NCBI RefSeq assembly: GCF_001642725.1
Contig: NZ_LSUQ01000003.1
Coordinates: 110,486-130,485, forward strand
Length of the DNA: 20,000 bases
Source of the DNA: Ferroacidibacillus organovorans
GTDB lineage: Bacteria > Bacillota > Bacilli > Alicyclobacillales > SLC66
Direction: 5' to 3'
In this document: positions 8,212-14,971 of the stretch, piece after piece
How positions within the stretch are numbered: the first letter of the stretch is position 1
Layout: each line of letters begins with the position of its first letter
Translations under genes and position numbers: made by a program
The notes under the pieces: model-generated
What the model was told of the DNA's origin: nothing
Database searches by the model: none
Seen by the model: only the letters and a program-made list of their open reading frames with translations

Positions 8212-9444
8212 TTAGTTGCCCATGATGCTTTCGCCTTGAAGAATCTGTTTGACCATGTTGTGAGCGGCGACAGCCGGACTCTCTTGCCCTTTGGTCACGA
8301 AGCCAAGCGCATTTCCAGCAGGTGTCCAAACGGCTTGCATCTGCGGCACGTTTGGCATCGGAACACCGTATTGTGCGGCGATGGCGAATGGATAGGCGTA
8401 AGGATTCGAAGAAACCATTTTGCTGTGCACATCTTTGATGAGCACTGGAATGCGATCGCCGACTGCAAGTTCCTGCGCCGCCGCGTGTTGCGAGATGAAT
8501 CTAACCAAATTCCAGTCGAGCGCTTGATTGTGGCTGCGGGCGTTCACGATCATTTCTTGGAAACCCTCAAAAGTGACTGGGTGCTTGCCGTTTGGCAAAA
8601 GCGGAAGCGGCTCGATGCCAAAGTTGACATGCGCCTGAAGCAAAGAGGTTACATCCCAAGGGCCAGAGATGTAGAATGCGGATTTGCCATTTTGGAAGAG
8701 CGATTTTGCGATATCTCCGGTAATCGATGCAGGCATGAAATGGTATTGGGAGACGAAGCTCTTGATGATGCTAAGGCCTTTAATCGAGCCCGCGTTGTCA
8801 AGGCCAATTTGGCCGACGTTTGCGACGCCGTGATTGTTGCCAAAGACATAACCGCCCATGCCGCCCAAGAAGGCATAACTGTAATAGAAGTTGTTGATGT
8901 CATAAGCAAATCCGTGCGCTTTTGCTTCGGAAATAAACTGTGCCCACGTTTTGGGCGGTGTCTTGATGATCTTTTTATTGTAAAAGAGTCCATACGTTTC
9001 AGAGGAGAGGGGAATGCCATAGAGCTTACCGCCAATCGTGCCGGCTTGAATGGACGGCGCGATATAATCTTTCGTGTTGATCAGACCGGTAGGGACTGGC
9101 GCCATGACGCCCTCAATCGCAAAGGTGCCAAGGTTGTCTTGCGGAATGCCAAGTTCAATGTCAGGGCCTTTGCCACTGCGCGATGCGGTAGCGAAGTTTT
9201 GGAATGAACTGTTATCTTGAACGACGGTGACTGTGTTTCCTGTCTGTTTACCCCAGACATTTGCGAGTTTTTGCATGACACTCTGCTCTTGGGGTGTCAA
9301 ATGGGAGAATACGGTGATGTGCTGTCCTGTGGGTAAGCTATCGTGCCGCGTTGCTGCGAATGCGCCTCCGCTGACGCTGGCAAGTAGAGTTCCTGCGGTT
9401 CCGAGCGCCAGTGCCACAGATGTTACTTTGTTAAGGCGTTTCAT
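8212..9444 (-). CDS. malE: Maltose/maltodextrin ABC transporter substrate-binding protein (MalE/CycB-like)
   Basis: SBP family 1 motifs GKGPDI, DNLG, GKLYGIPLSSETYGLFYNK, ISGPWD and PMPNVPQMQAVW. It has an N-terminal signal peptide and is the first gene of the ABC operon. Confidence 0.9.
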   Translation of the reverse strand: MKRLNKVTSVALALGTAGTLLASVSGGAFAATRHDSLPTGQHITVFSHLTPQEQSVMQKLANVWGKQTGNTVTVVQDNSSFQNFATASRSGKGPDIELGIPQDNLGTFAIEGVMAPVPTGLINTKDYIAPSIQAGTIGGKLYGIPLSSETYGLFYNKKIIKTPPKTWAQFISEAKAHGFAYDINNFYYSYAFLGGMGGYVFGNNHGVANVGQIGLDNAGSIKGLSIIKSFVSQYHFMPASITGDIAKSLFQNGKSAFYISGPWDVTSLLQAHVNFGIEPLPLLPNGKHPVTFEGFQEMIVNARSHNQALDWNLVRFISQHAAAQELAVGDRIPVLIKDVHSKMVSSNPYAYPFAIAAQYGVPMPNVPQMQAVWTPAGNALGFVTKGQESPAVAAHNMVKQILQGESIMGN

Positions 9445-9585
9445 GTAAACATACCCCTCTCTATGATTGGGCGGCAGGTATCCGTCTGAACGCTACCGTT
9501 TGACCCCTGGTGGTTTGTTAGACGCTTACATGATGCGAGCGAAAAGCATGCGCTTTTCATGCTGTTCTATCGCTTCATAGCGTGC

Positions 9586-9601
9586 GAACAATCGTTTGCA
9601 C
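9586..9601. promoter_or_regulatory. LacI/MalR-type operator, proximal site of the malE operon
   Basis: GAACAATCGTTTGCAC matches the 1212-1227 palindrome at 13/16 positions. It lies just downstream of a minus-strand TAGAAT -10 candidate (9624-9619). Confidence 0.6.
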
Positions 9602-9711
9602 ACACGTCTGCTTGATGAATTCTATGTGACGGATTCTTTTTCCTGCTATGATCCTACATTTTATTTGTAGAATTTATATGAAATGGTCGAATAAAGGTTG
9701 AATAAGAAATG

Positions 9712-9726
9712 AGAAAACCCTTACAT
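9712..9726 (-). promoter_or_regulatory. cre-like (CcpA) site
   Basis: The minus-strand sequence ATGTAAGGGTTTTCT matches WTGNAANCGNWNNCW except at the central C. Confidence 0.35.
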
Positions 9727-9747
9727 CGATGAAAATGGAAGGATTGA

Positions 9748-9779
9748 GGAAAAATTCATTCATCGAAGTTGATGAATGA
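9748..9779 (-). terminator. Possible weak terminator of the rsmF-like gene
   Basis: Inverted repeat TCATTCATC (9756-9764) / GATGAATGA (9771-9779), followed on the minus strand by ATTTTT. The stem is AT-rich, so it is weak. Confidence 0.4.
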
Positions 9780-9814
9780 TCGGGAAATCCGATCTGAATT
9801 CAAATGGGTCAATC

Positions 9815-9830
9815 GTGCACACGTTTGCGC
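9815..9830. promoter_or_regulatory. LacI/MalR-type operator, distal site
   Basis: GTGCACACGTTTGCGC (reverse complement GCGCAAACGTGTGCAC) matches the 1212-1227 palindrome at 12/16 positions and is close to the GCAAACGTTTGC-type MalR motif. Confidence 0.5.
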
Positions 9831-9909
9831 GTAAACAGTATTATTTCGTCCGTCGTGCACGAATGTGGCGCATCTATGCCGTATATGTGCGTGCTTTTTC
9901 AGTCTCCAT

Positions 9910-11403
9910 TCAAATCTCAAAAGAGTACGCCCTTCGCAAGCCTTTAGGATAGTGATTTTTTAATTGATTTTTTACGCGCTTTACCCAACCGAGGGGTAGA
10001 TGCTCAAGAAAGACGACCGTCCAGCCGTCTGGTCCTTCCTGCGAGATTACCTCACCACTCAGATAGGCGATGATACGTGTGTCTCCGTAGGAAAAACATA
10101 CTGGAGCGCGCAGATTTTCCGGTTTTGTCGCGAGCGCGAGTGCGTGGTGAGGTGTTATGTGGTGATGCTTGGTTTCAAGGAGCGGTAATCCAGGCCGAAG
10201 GACATTTCGTGAGGGGAGGGGCCGGTGGGACGCCGCAAAAAGGACGTTTGGTGACGAGATAAAATCACGCCGATAAAGATCATCTATCCATGTTACGTGA
10301 TCAACAAAAGTCTCATTGGCGAAAGCGGCAAATTGTTTCTGCTGTGCGAATCCGGATGGCATTCTGCTGGCGCGCAGAGAATTTCCCCTTTTTTTCTGGG
10401 AATATCCTGTAGTATTGGTTTTTTGATAGGACGGGTTTCCGTCAAGAGCAAATTTCGCGACGAAATGACCTTCAGCGTATCCCGCTTGTGGCATGATGCG
10501 AATCGTTCTCTCAAGCGCTGGGAGGGGTTCTGAAAACGAAGACGCAACCGCTTGAAGTTCAGGAATGAGCTTAGCGAGTTTTGTAAACCTCTCGGCGGTA
10601 AGTCCGGCGCGCGCGCCTGGCAGTTGAATAGGGGAGAGCGAGAGAGTCGGTTGGTCGCGTAGGAGTGTAGCGCACACAGCCTCGTTTTCAATAGGATTCA
10701 GGGTGCAGGTCGAATAAACAAGTCGACCGCCGGGGCGAAGCATGGCGATTGCGGCGTGTAAAATGGAACTCTGACGTAATGCGTAAGCGGAAAGTTGTTC
10801 GCGTTGCCACATGCGTATCGCGTCATCGTCCTTCCGAAACATCCCTTCGCCGCTACAGGGGGCATCAACGAGGATCGCGTCAAAATAGGCAGGATAGGTG
10901 TCACGTAACTCATCTGGATCGAGCTGCGTGACAGTGGCGTTTGTGACGCCGAGACGCTCAAGGTTCTCAGCGAGAATCGCGCAGCGCTCGCGGTTCGGCT
11001 CATTCGCGATGAGAATCCCTTCATTTCTCATGCGCTGAGCAATTTGGGTGGTTTTTCCTCCCGGTGCTGCACAGAGATCGAGTACACGCTCGCCGGGTAC
11101 AGGGGCAAGAACAGGAACAGGCGCCATCGCGCTTGGCTCTTGCAAATAGTAATACCCTGTCGCGTGAAGTGGATCGCGTCCGAGATGAAGATCTTGATGA
11201 ATATAGAATCCTTCCATTTCCTTTGTCCAAGGAACGGGGTCTGCCAAAAGAGAATTTATGACGGAAGGGATTGCCCCTTTTAAGGTGGAGACGCGAAACC
11301 CTTTTGCGGGAGGTTTGTGAAATTGTTCAAGATATTCGTTCCACGCCTCTTGACCGAAGCAGTGGAGAAAAAGGGATTCAAATTCTTTCGGTAATGCGAA
11401 CAC
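9910..11403 (-). CDS. rsmF: RsmB/NOP2/Sun-family m5C RNA methyltransferase (RsmF/YebU-like)
   Basis: Motifs YYLQEPSAM, VLDLCAAPGGKTTQ, DAILVDAPCSGEGMFRK and LVYSTCT (both catalytic Cys). The C-terminal LKNHYPKGLR is typical of RsmF. GTG start with GGAGG RBS. Confidence 0.9.
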   Translation of the reverse strand: MFALPKEFESLFLHCFGQEAWNEYLEQFHKPPAKGFRVSTLKGAIPSVINSLLADPVPWTKEMEGFYIHQDLHLGRDPLHATGYYYLQEPSAMAPVPVLAPVPGERVLDLCAAPGGKTTQIAQRMRNEGILIANEPNRERCAILAENLERLGVTNATVTQLDPDELRDTYPAYFDAILVDAPCSGEGMFRKDDDAIRMWQREQLSAYALRQSSILHAAIAMLRPGGRLVYSTCTLNPIENEAVCATLLRDQPTLSLSPIQLPGARAGLTAERFTKLAKLIPELQAVASSFSEPLPALERTIRIMPQAGYAEGHFVAKFALDGNPSYQKTNTTGYSQKKRGNSLRASRMPSGFAQQKQFAAFANETFVDHVTWIDDLYRRDFISSPNVLFAASHRPLPSRNVLRPGLPLLETKHHHITPHHALALATKPENLRAPVCFSYGDTRIIAYLSGEVISQEGPDGWTVVFLEHLPLGWVKRVKNQLKNHYPKGLRRAYSFEI

Positions 11404-11509
11404 GTGATCGATCCTCCAGCGTTTTGCGATCTCCCTGACTCATATGTGCGATAAGCTTCACTGTTTGGGGCAGAAAAGGGATACCCAGGAGCCACCGTGA
11501 AGTCTGGTT

Positions 11510-11518
11510 CATAGTATA
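11510..11518 (+). promoter_or_regulatory. Possible mother-cell (sigmaK/sigmaE-type) -10 element upstream of the gerP-like genes
   Basis: CATAGTATA fits CATAnnnTA and lies about 35 nt upstream of the start at 11554. There is no convincing -35 at canonical spacing. Confidence 0.35.
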
Positions 11519-11553
11519 CCGAGTGTGCAACAAAACCAAAAGGAGAATCGCAT

Positions 11554-11742
11554 GTGGAGCGCGAGTTGAATGTTCACATCAAGGTTGTAGAGATTGATGA
11601 CACGGATGGCGGACTTGTGCTGATCGGACTCAGTGCGGCGGTGCTCCCGCGCGCGTGGCGCGCCAAAAAGCGTACGCCCACTTGCCGTCTGCGCGCCGAG
11701 TATTTGGAGAGAAAAGGTGGGGGAGCGGGTGCATCCGAGTGA
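11554..11742 (+). CDS. Small protein, possibly GerP-family (GerPB/PD/PE-like)
   Basis: Strong RBS AAAGGAG before the GTG. The pattern HIKVVEIDDTDGGLVLIG resembles the GerP beta-strand...IG motif. It overlaps the start of a GerPC-like gene. Confidence 0.5.
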   Translation: MERELNVHIKVVEIDDTDGGLVLIGLSAAVLPRAWRAKKRTPTCRLRAEYLERKGGGAGASE

Positions 11743-12016
11743 GTGGGAGGATGTTCGGCAAATCTATGATGATCGGTTGCGCGCACTGGAGCGGGAGATT
11801 GAAACATTGAAAGACGTGATAAGGCGTATGCGATATCAGAAGGTGGAGTATCGCATTGATTCACTGCACGTGGAGCGCTTGGAAGGGGTGCTTCATATTG
11901 GGCTTACAACGGAAGACAGTGAGCGCGCGTGGTGCGAAGGCGTATTCGATCAGAGTGAGAATCAACCGCCTGATCGTGATCAAGCGAACGGTCAGACGGA
12001 GGAAGGGATGGACTAA
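11729..12016 (+). CDS. gerPC: Spore germination protein GerPC-like (short form)
   Basis: A coiled coil (DRLRALEREIETLK) precedes VEYRIDSLHVERLEGVLHIGL, matching the GerPC signature (IEYxFDQLKVExLEGTLNIG). The start was re-assigned to GTG 11729, which has a G-rich RBS. Confidence 0.75.
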   Translation: MHPSEWEDVRQIYDDRLRALEREIETLKDVIRRMRYQKVEYRIDSLHVERLEGVLHIGLTTEDSERAWCEGVFDQSENQPPDRDQANGQTEEGMD

Positions 12017-12017
12017 T

Positions 12018-12047
12018 TTGACAAGGGAATCAGACATAGGGTACGGT
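12018..12047 (+). promoter_or_regulatory. Candidate promoter of the glycosyltransferase trio
   Basis: TTGACA (12018-12023)-N18-TACGGT is sigmaA-like. An overlapping CATAGGGTA (12035-12043) also fits the sigmaK -10 consensus. Confidence 0.4.
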
Positions 12048-12073
12048 TAGGGCAAGAATAGGAGGAGTATGAC

Positions 12074-13282
12074 TTGCGGCTCCTGAAAGACCATGCCCTT
12101 TTTGTCGTTCTTCTTATCCTTGTAGCCGCGTACCGCTTTCAGTTGTGGCATCACACGCCCGTGACGTTGTACGGTGACATGTTGCGTTATAACACGATGG
12201 CGCTGCACGTGATTGATCACGGCTATCTCGGATTTAGAAATGGACCAGACGCCTATGTAATGCCCCTTTACCCGCTGTTTTTAGCTGTGATGTACAAATT
12301 GCTTCAGGCATTTCATACTCATTTAACCATGCTTCGTATGGTTCACGAAACGTTCTTGCTGCAGCAGGGATTATCGCTTCTCTCCTTATGGCTTACGTAT
12401 CAGTTGGGGTCGCTGTTCGCCGGGAAGCGCGCAGGTTTTGCGGCGGCCATTTTGTCAGCGCTCTATCTGCCTAATAGCTTTGTCGGACTCACGTTACTGA
12501 CAGAGCCACTTTTTATCCCCCTTTTGTTGGGGAGTCTACTTGCTGGAAGCTATGCGGTAAAGCGCGGATTCGTGTTTGACTACGCATTAACCGGGTTATT
12601 GATCGGTCTGACCGCGCTGGTCCGGCCGAATGTCCTTCCGCTCTTTCTTCTGGTCGTGCTCGTCGATTTGATTCATCGCCGAAACGCGGGTGTGATCAAC
12701 GCCTTTAAGATGCAGTTTCGAATGTATGCGATCATGGTGGCGTTTGTCATTGTGCCTTTGATTCCGTGGTGGATTCGCAACGCGATCGATTTTCATCATT
12801 TTATTCCGCTCTCCACAGAAGCTGGCAACCCACTCTTGGCTGGCGCTGATCCTTACTTTCTTGTCGGGATTAACACGCTCATCGAGGCGTCGCGCAAACT
12901 GCATGAATCGCAGCAAACGTATGCCATTCACTATATGCTGCACGGGCTTACGCATCAACCGCTGCTCTTTTTAGGCTGGTACCTTTTTGGGAAATTGCCT
13001 TATCTCTTTTGGACGCCATGGTTTTATAATTATCTGAGCGCTTTTGTGCTCTATCATCGCGTGTTGGTGATTCTTGGCGGCATCGCAATGATCGTTGGTT
13101 TGTGGTATCGCGAAACTCGGTTTTTTGCGTTATCAACATTGTTTTTGCTTGCTGTGCAACTCGTCTTTCTACCGATTACACGGTACGGGTATCCTCTCGT
13201 TTTGATGACGACGATCCTTGTGCCGGCGGTCATTTGCCACCTTCCAATTGTCACACGCTTTCGCCGAGGAGGCTTTCGATGA
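12074..13282 (+). CDS. GT-C polytopic membrane glycosyltransferase (ArnT/PMT-like)
   Basis: Many TM helices, a first-loop acidic motif (YGDMLRY), and MPLYPLFLA, LLTEPLF, LVRPN and PWWIRN. TTG start with GGAGG RBS. Confidence 0.8.
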   Translation: MRLLKDHALFVVLLILVAAYRFQLWHHTPVTLYGDMLRYNTMALHVIDHGYLGFRNGPDAYVMPLYPLFLAVMYKLLQAFHTHLTMLRMVHETFLLQQGLSLLSLWLTYQLGSLFAGKRAGFAAAILSALYLPNSFVGLTLLTEPLFIPLLLGSLLAGSYAVKRGFVFDYALTGLLIGLTALVRPNVLPLFLLVVLVDLIHRRNAGVINAFKMQFRMYAIMVAFVIVPLIPWWIRNAIDFHHFIPLSTEAGNPLLAGADPYFLVGINTLIEASRKLHESQQTYAIHYMLHGLTHQPLLFLGWYLFGKLPYLFWTPWFYNYLSAFVLYHRVLVILGGIAMIVGLWYRETRFFALSTLFLLAVQLVFLPITRYGYPLVLMTTILVPAVICHLPIVTRFRRGGFR

Positions 13283-13998
13283 AAGAAGCGTTGGTCATCA
13301 TACCGGCGCTTAATGAAGAGCGCTCAGTTGGAAACGTTGTGAGGAGCATCCTCTCTTCTTGCCCTATGGTTGATGTGATCGTCATTTCGGACGGCTCTAC
13401 AGACCAGACGGCCATTGTGGCGCGAGAGGCGGGTGCCAAGGTTGTCGAGTTGCCGGTCAATCTAGGCATCGGCGGCGCGATGCAAACCGGATATCTGTAT
13501 GCATGGCGTGCAGGCTATCACTATGCCATCCAGATTGACGCAGATGGACAGCATGATCCAGCGGATCTTCCAAAGCTGCTCGACGAGATGGGACGCGGAG
13601 ATGCAGACATGATCGTCGGCTCACGCTATGTGGAGCGCACGGCATACCGATCGTCAGCGTCGAGACGCGTTGGTATGGTGATGTTAGCCACGCTGATTCG
13701 TATGGCGGTCGGTTATCCGATCAAAGATACGACGTCCGGGTATCGCATCGTCAATCACAAGACGATTGAGCTATTCAGTCGTTTTTATCCGCATGACTAC
13801 CCGGAAGTTGAAGTACTCGTATTACTGCATCGCCATCGCCTGCGCATTCGCGAAGTGGCCGTGGAGATGAAAGAGAGGCAAGCGGGGCGATCGTCGATTA
13901 CGATGATGCGCTCTGCGTACTACATGTTTAAAGTTTCTTTGGCCATTTTATTGGAAGTGATGCGCGGGAAAGAGGCGCGGCGGGAGGGTAAATCATGA
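13279..13998 (+). CDS. GT2 polyprenyl-phosphate glycosyltransferase (DPM1/GacI/PpgS-like)
   Basis: Motifs IIPALNEE, ISDGSTD, NLGIGGAMQTG, DXD motif QIDADGQH, GSRY, DTTSGYR and YPEVE. The start was set to ATG 13279 (ATGA overlap, GGAGG RBS). Confidence 0.9.
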   Translation: MKEALVIIPALNEERSVGNVVRSILSSCPMVDVIVISDGSTDQTAIVAREAGAKVVELPVNLGIGGAMQTGYLYAWRAGYHYAIQIDADGQHDPADLPKLLDEMGRGDADMIVGSRYVERTAYRSSASRRVGMVMLATLIRMAVGYPIKDTTSGYRIVNHKTIELFSRFYPHDYPEVEVLVLLHRHRLRIREVAVEMKERQAGRSSITMMRSAYYMFKVSLAILLEVMRGKEARREGKS

Positions 13999-14378
13999 TC
14001 ATCGATCTGGTCGGCTTCCTGGTTAGTCTGATCTTTTTAATCGTTGTCATTGATTTAATGAGGCGGCGTCTCCTCCTTGAACAATACGCGCTATTTTGGT
14101 TGGGAATGGGCATTGTGTTGACGATCTTGTCCGTTTCGCCAGGTCTCTTGAATCGCGTGGCAAAGGTACTCGGCATCTATTACGCGCCCTCTCTTCTATT
14201 CTTGGTAGGTTTTCTGTTTATGCTGGGCACAATGCTTCACCTCACGGTCGTATTGTCGCGCTTGACCAATCGAACGGTGCGGCTCACGCAAGAACTCGGC
14301 ATGCTCAAGTCACAATTGGAGATGGCAGATCATCGCACTGCATTGACAGAGCGATCAGAGCCTCTTTCCAATGGGTAA
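13995..14378 (+). CDS. DUF2304-family small membrane protein (GacJ/Rv3632-like partner of GT2)
   Basis: Three TM segments, the pattern MRRRLLLEQYALFW...PGLLNRVAKVLGIYYAPSLLF, and a C-terminal coiled coil LSRLTNRTVRLTQELGML. ATGA-coupled to the GT2 gene. Confidence 0.85.
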   Translation: MIIDLVGFLVSLIFLIVVIDLMRRRLLLEQYALFWLGMGIVLTILSVSPGLLNRVAKVLGIYYAPSLLFLVGFLFMLGTMLHLTVVLSRLTNRTVRLTQELGMLKSQLEMADHRTALTERSEPLSNG

Positions 14379-14441
14379 TCTTTCATGGAAGTGACACAGC
14401 GAAATGATGAAAACATGATGGAAACGAGGAGTGAATTAACG

Positions 14442-14798
14442 ATGTCGACAAAGCCGTCAAAAGAACTTGATCCGATCCCCAATCCGTACCCGCATCGCGA
14501 CTATGAGATCACGATCGAGGCGCCCGAGTTTACGACGCTGTGCCCAAAAACGGGACAGCCTGATTTTGGGACGATTACCATTCGCTATCGCCCGGGGCCG
14601 TTCATCATTGAATTGAAATCGCTGAAGCTCTATCTCTGGAGCTTTCGCGACGAAGGTCATTTTCACGAAGAAGTCTCCAACGTGATCGCGGATGACTTTA
14701 TCAAATTTGCCAAGCCTAAGTATATGGAACTCATTGGGCGCTACAACGTGCGCGGAGGCATTTCGACGAATGTCCGTGTGGAGTATACGGAAGCGTGA
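14442..14798 (+). CDS. queF: NADPH-dependent 7-cyano-7-deazaguanine (preQ0) reductase QueF, single-domain type
   Basis: EFTTLCPKTGQPDF (catalytic Cys/Asp), QueF motif ELKSLKLYLWSFR, FHEE and RGGI. The start was set to ATG 14442 after a GAGGAG RBS. Confidence 0.95.
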   Translation: MSTKPSKELDPIPNPYPHRDYEITIEAPEFTTLCPKTGQPDFGTITIRYRPGPFIIELKSLKLYLWSFRDEGHFHEEVSNVIADDFIKFAKPKYMELIGRYNVRGGISTNVRVEYTEA

Positions 14799-14840
14799 GG
14801 GGTGAACCCACGCGTGTGATTGTGAATCAAAGCTTGCTTC

Positions 14841-14867
14841 AACGCCCCGCGCGGGCGTTTTTTATTT
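14841..14867 (+). terminator. Rho-independent terminator after queF
   Basis: AACGCCC-CGCGC-GGGCGTT followed by TTTTATTT. Confidence 0.8.
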
Positions 14868-14915
14868 GTCGAATAGAAGGGCGCCATCTGCAATGGATTC
14901 GGGCGTAACGCTTGG

Positions 14916-14944
14916 GACCTCCTGGAACCATTCAACATATACTT
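14916..14944 (+). promoter_or_regulatory. Putative sigmaK-type promoter of the YheC/D-like gene
   Basis: GACC-N16-CATATACTT, about 28 nt upstream of the ATG, which has a GGAGGAGG RBS. Confidence 0.5.
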
Positions 14945-14971
14945 CGTTGACATTGTGGAGGAGGCCGCATC

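Noticed and set aside
8176..9207. 343-aa ORF on the + strand
   Set aside because: It lies antisense to malE, has no recognisable motif or RBS, and is a typical shadow ORF produced by codon bias.
6233..9444. ABC operon lacking an ATPase gene
   Set aside because: This is normal for Firmicute carbohydrate ABC systems, which share an MsmX/MalK-type ATPase encoded elsewhere.
9517..9558. Additional cre-like half site (ATGTAAGCG on the minus strand) and the inverted repeat GAAAAGC-ATGC-GCTTTTC in the malE leader
   Set aside because: There are two or more mismatches to the cre consensus, and no riboswitch or attenuator structure could be supported.
9441..9560. 39-codon minus-strand uORF whose TGA overlaps the malE ATG
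   Set aside because: It has no credible RBS and no distinctive sequence, so it is most likely chance.
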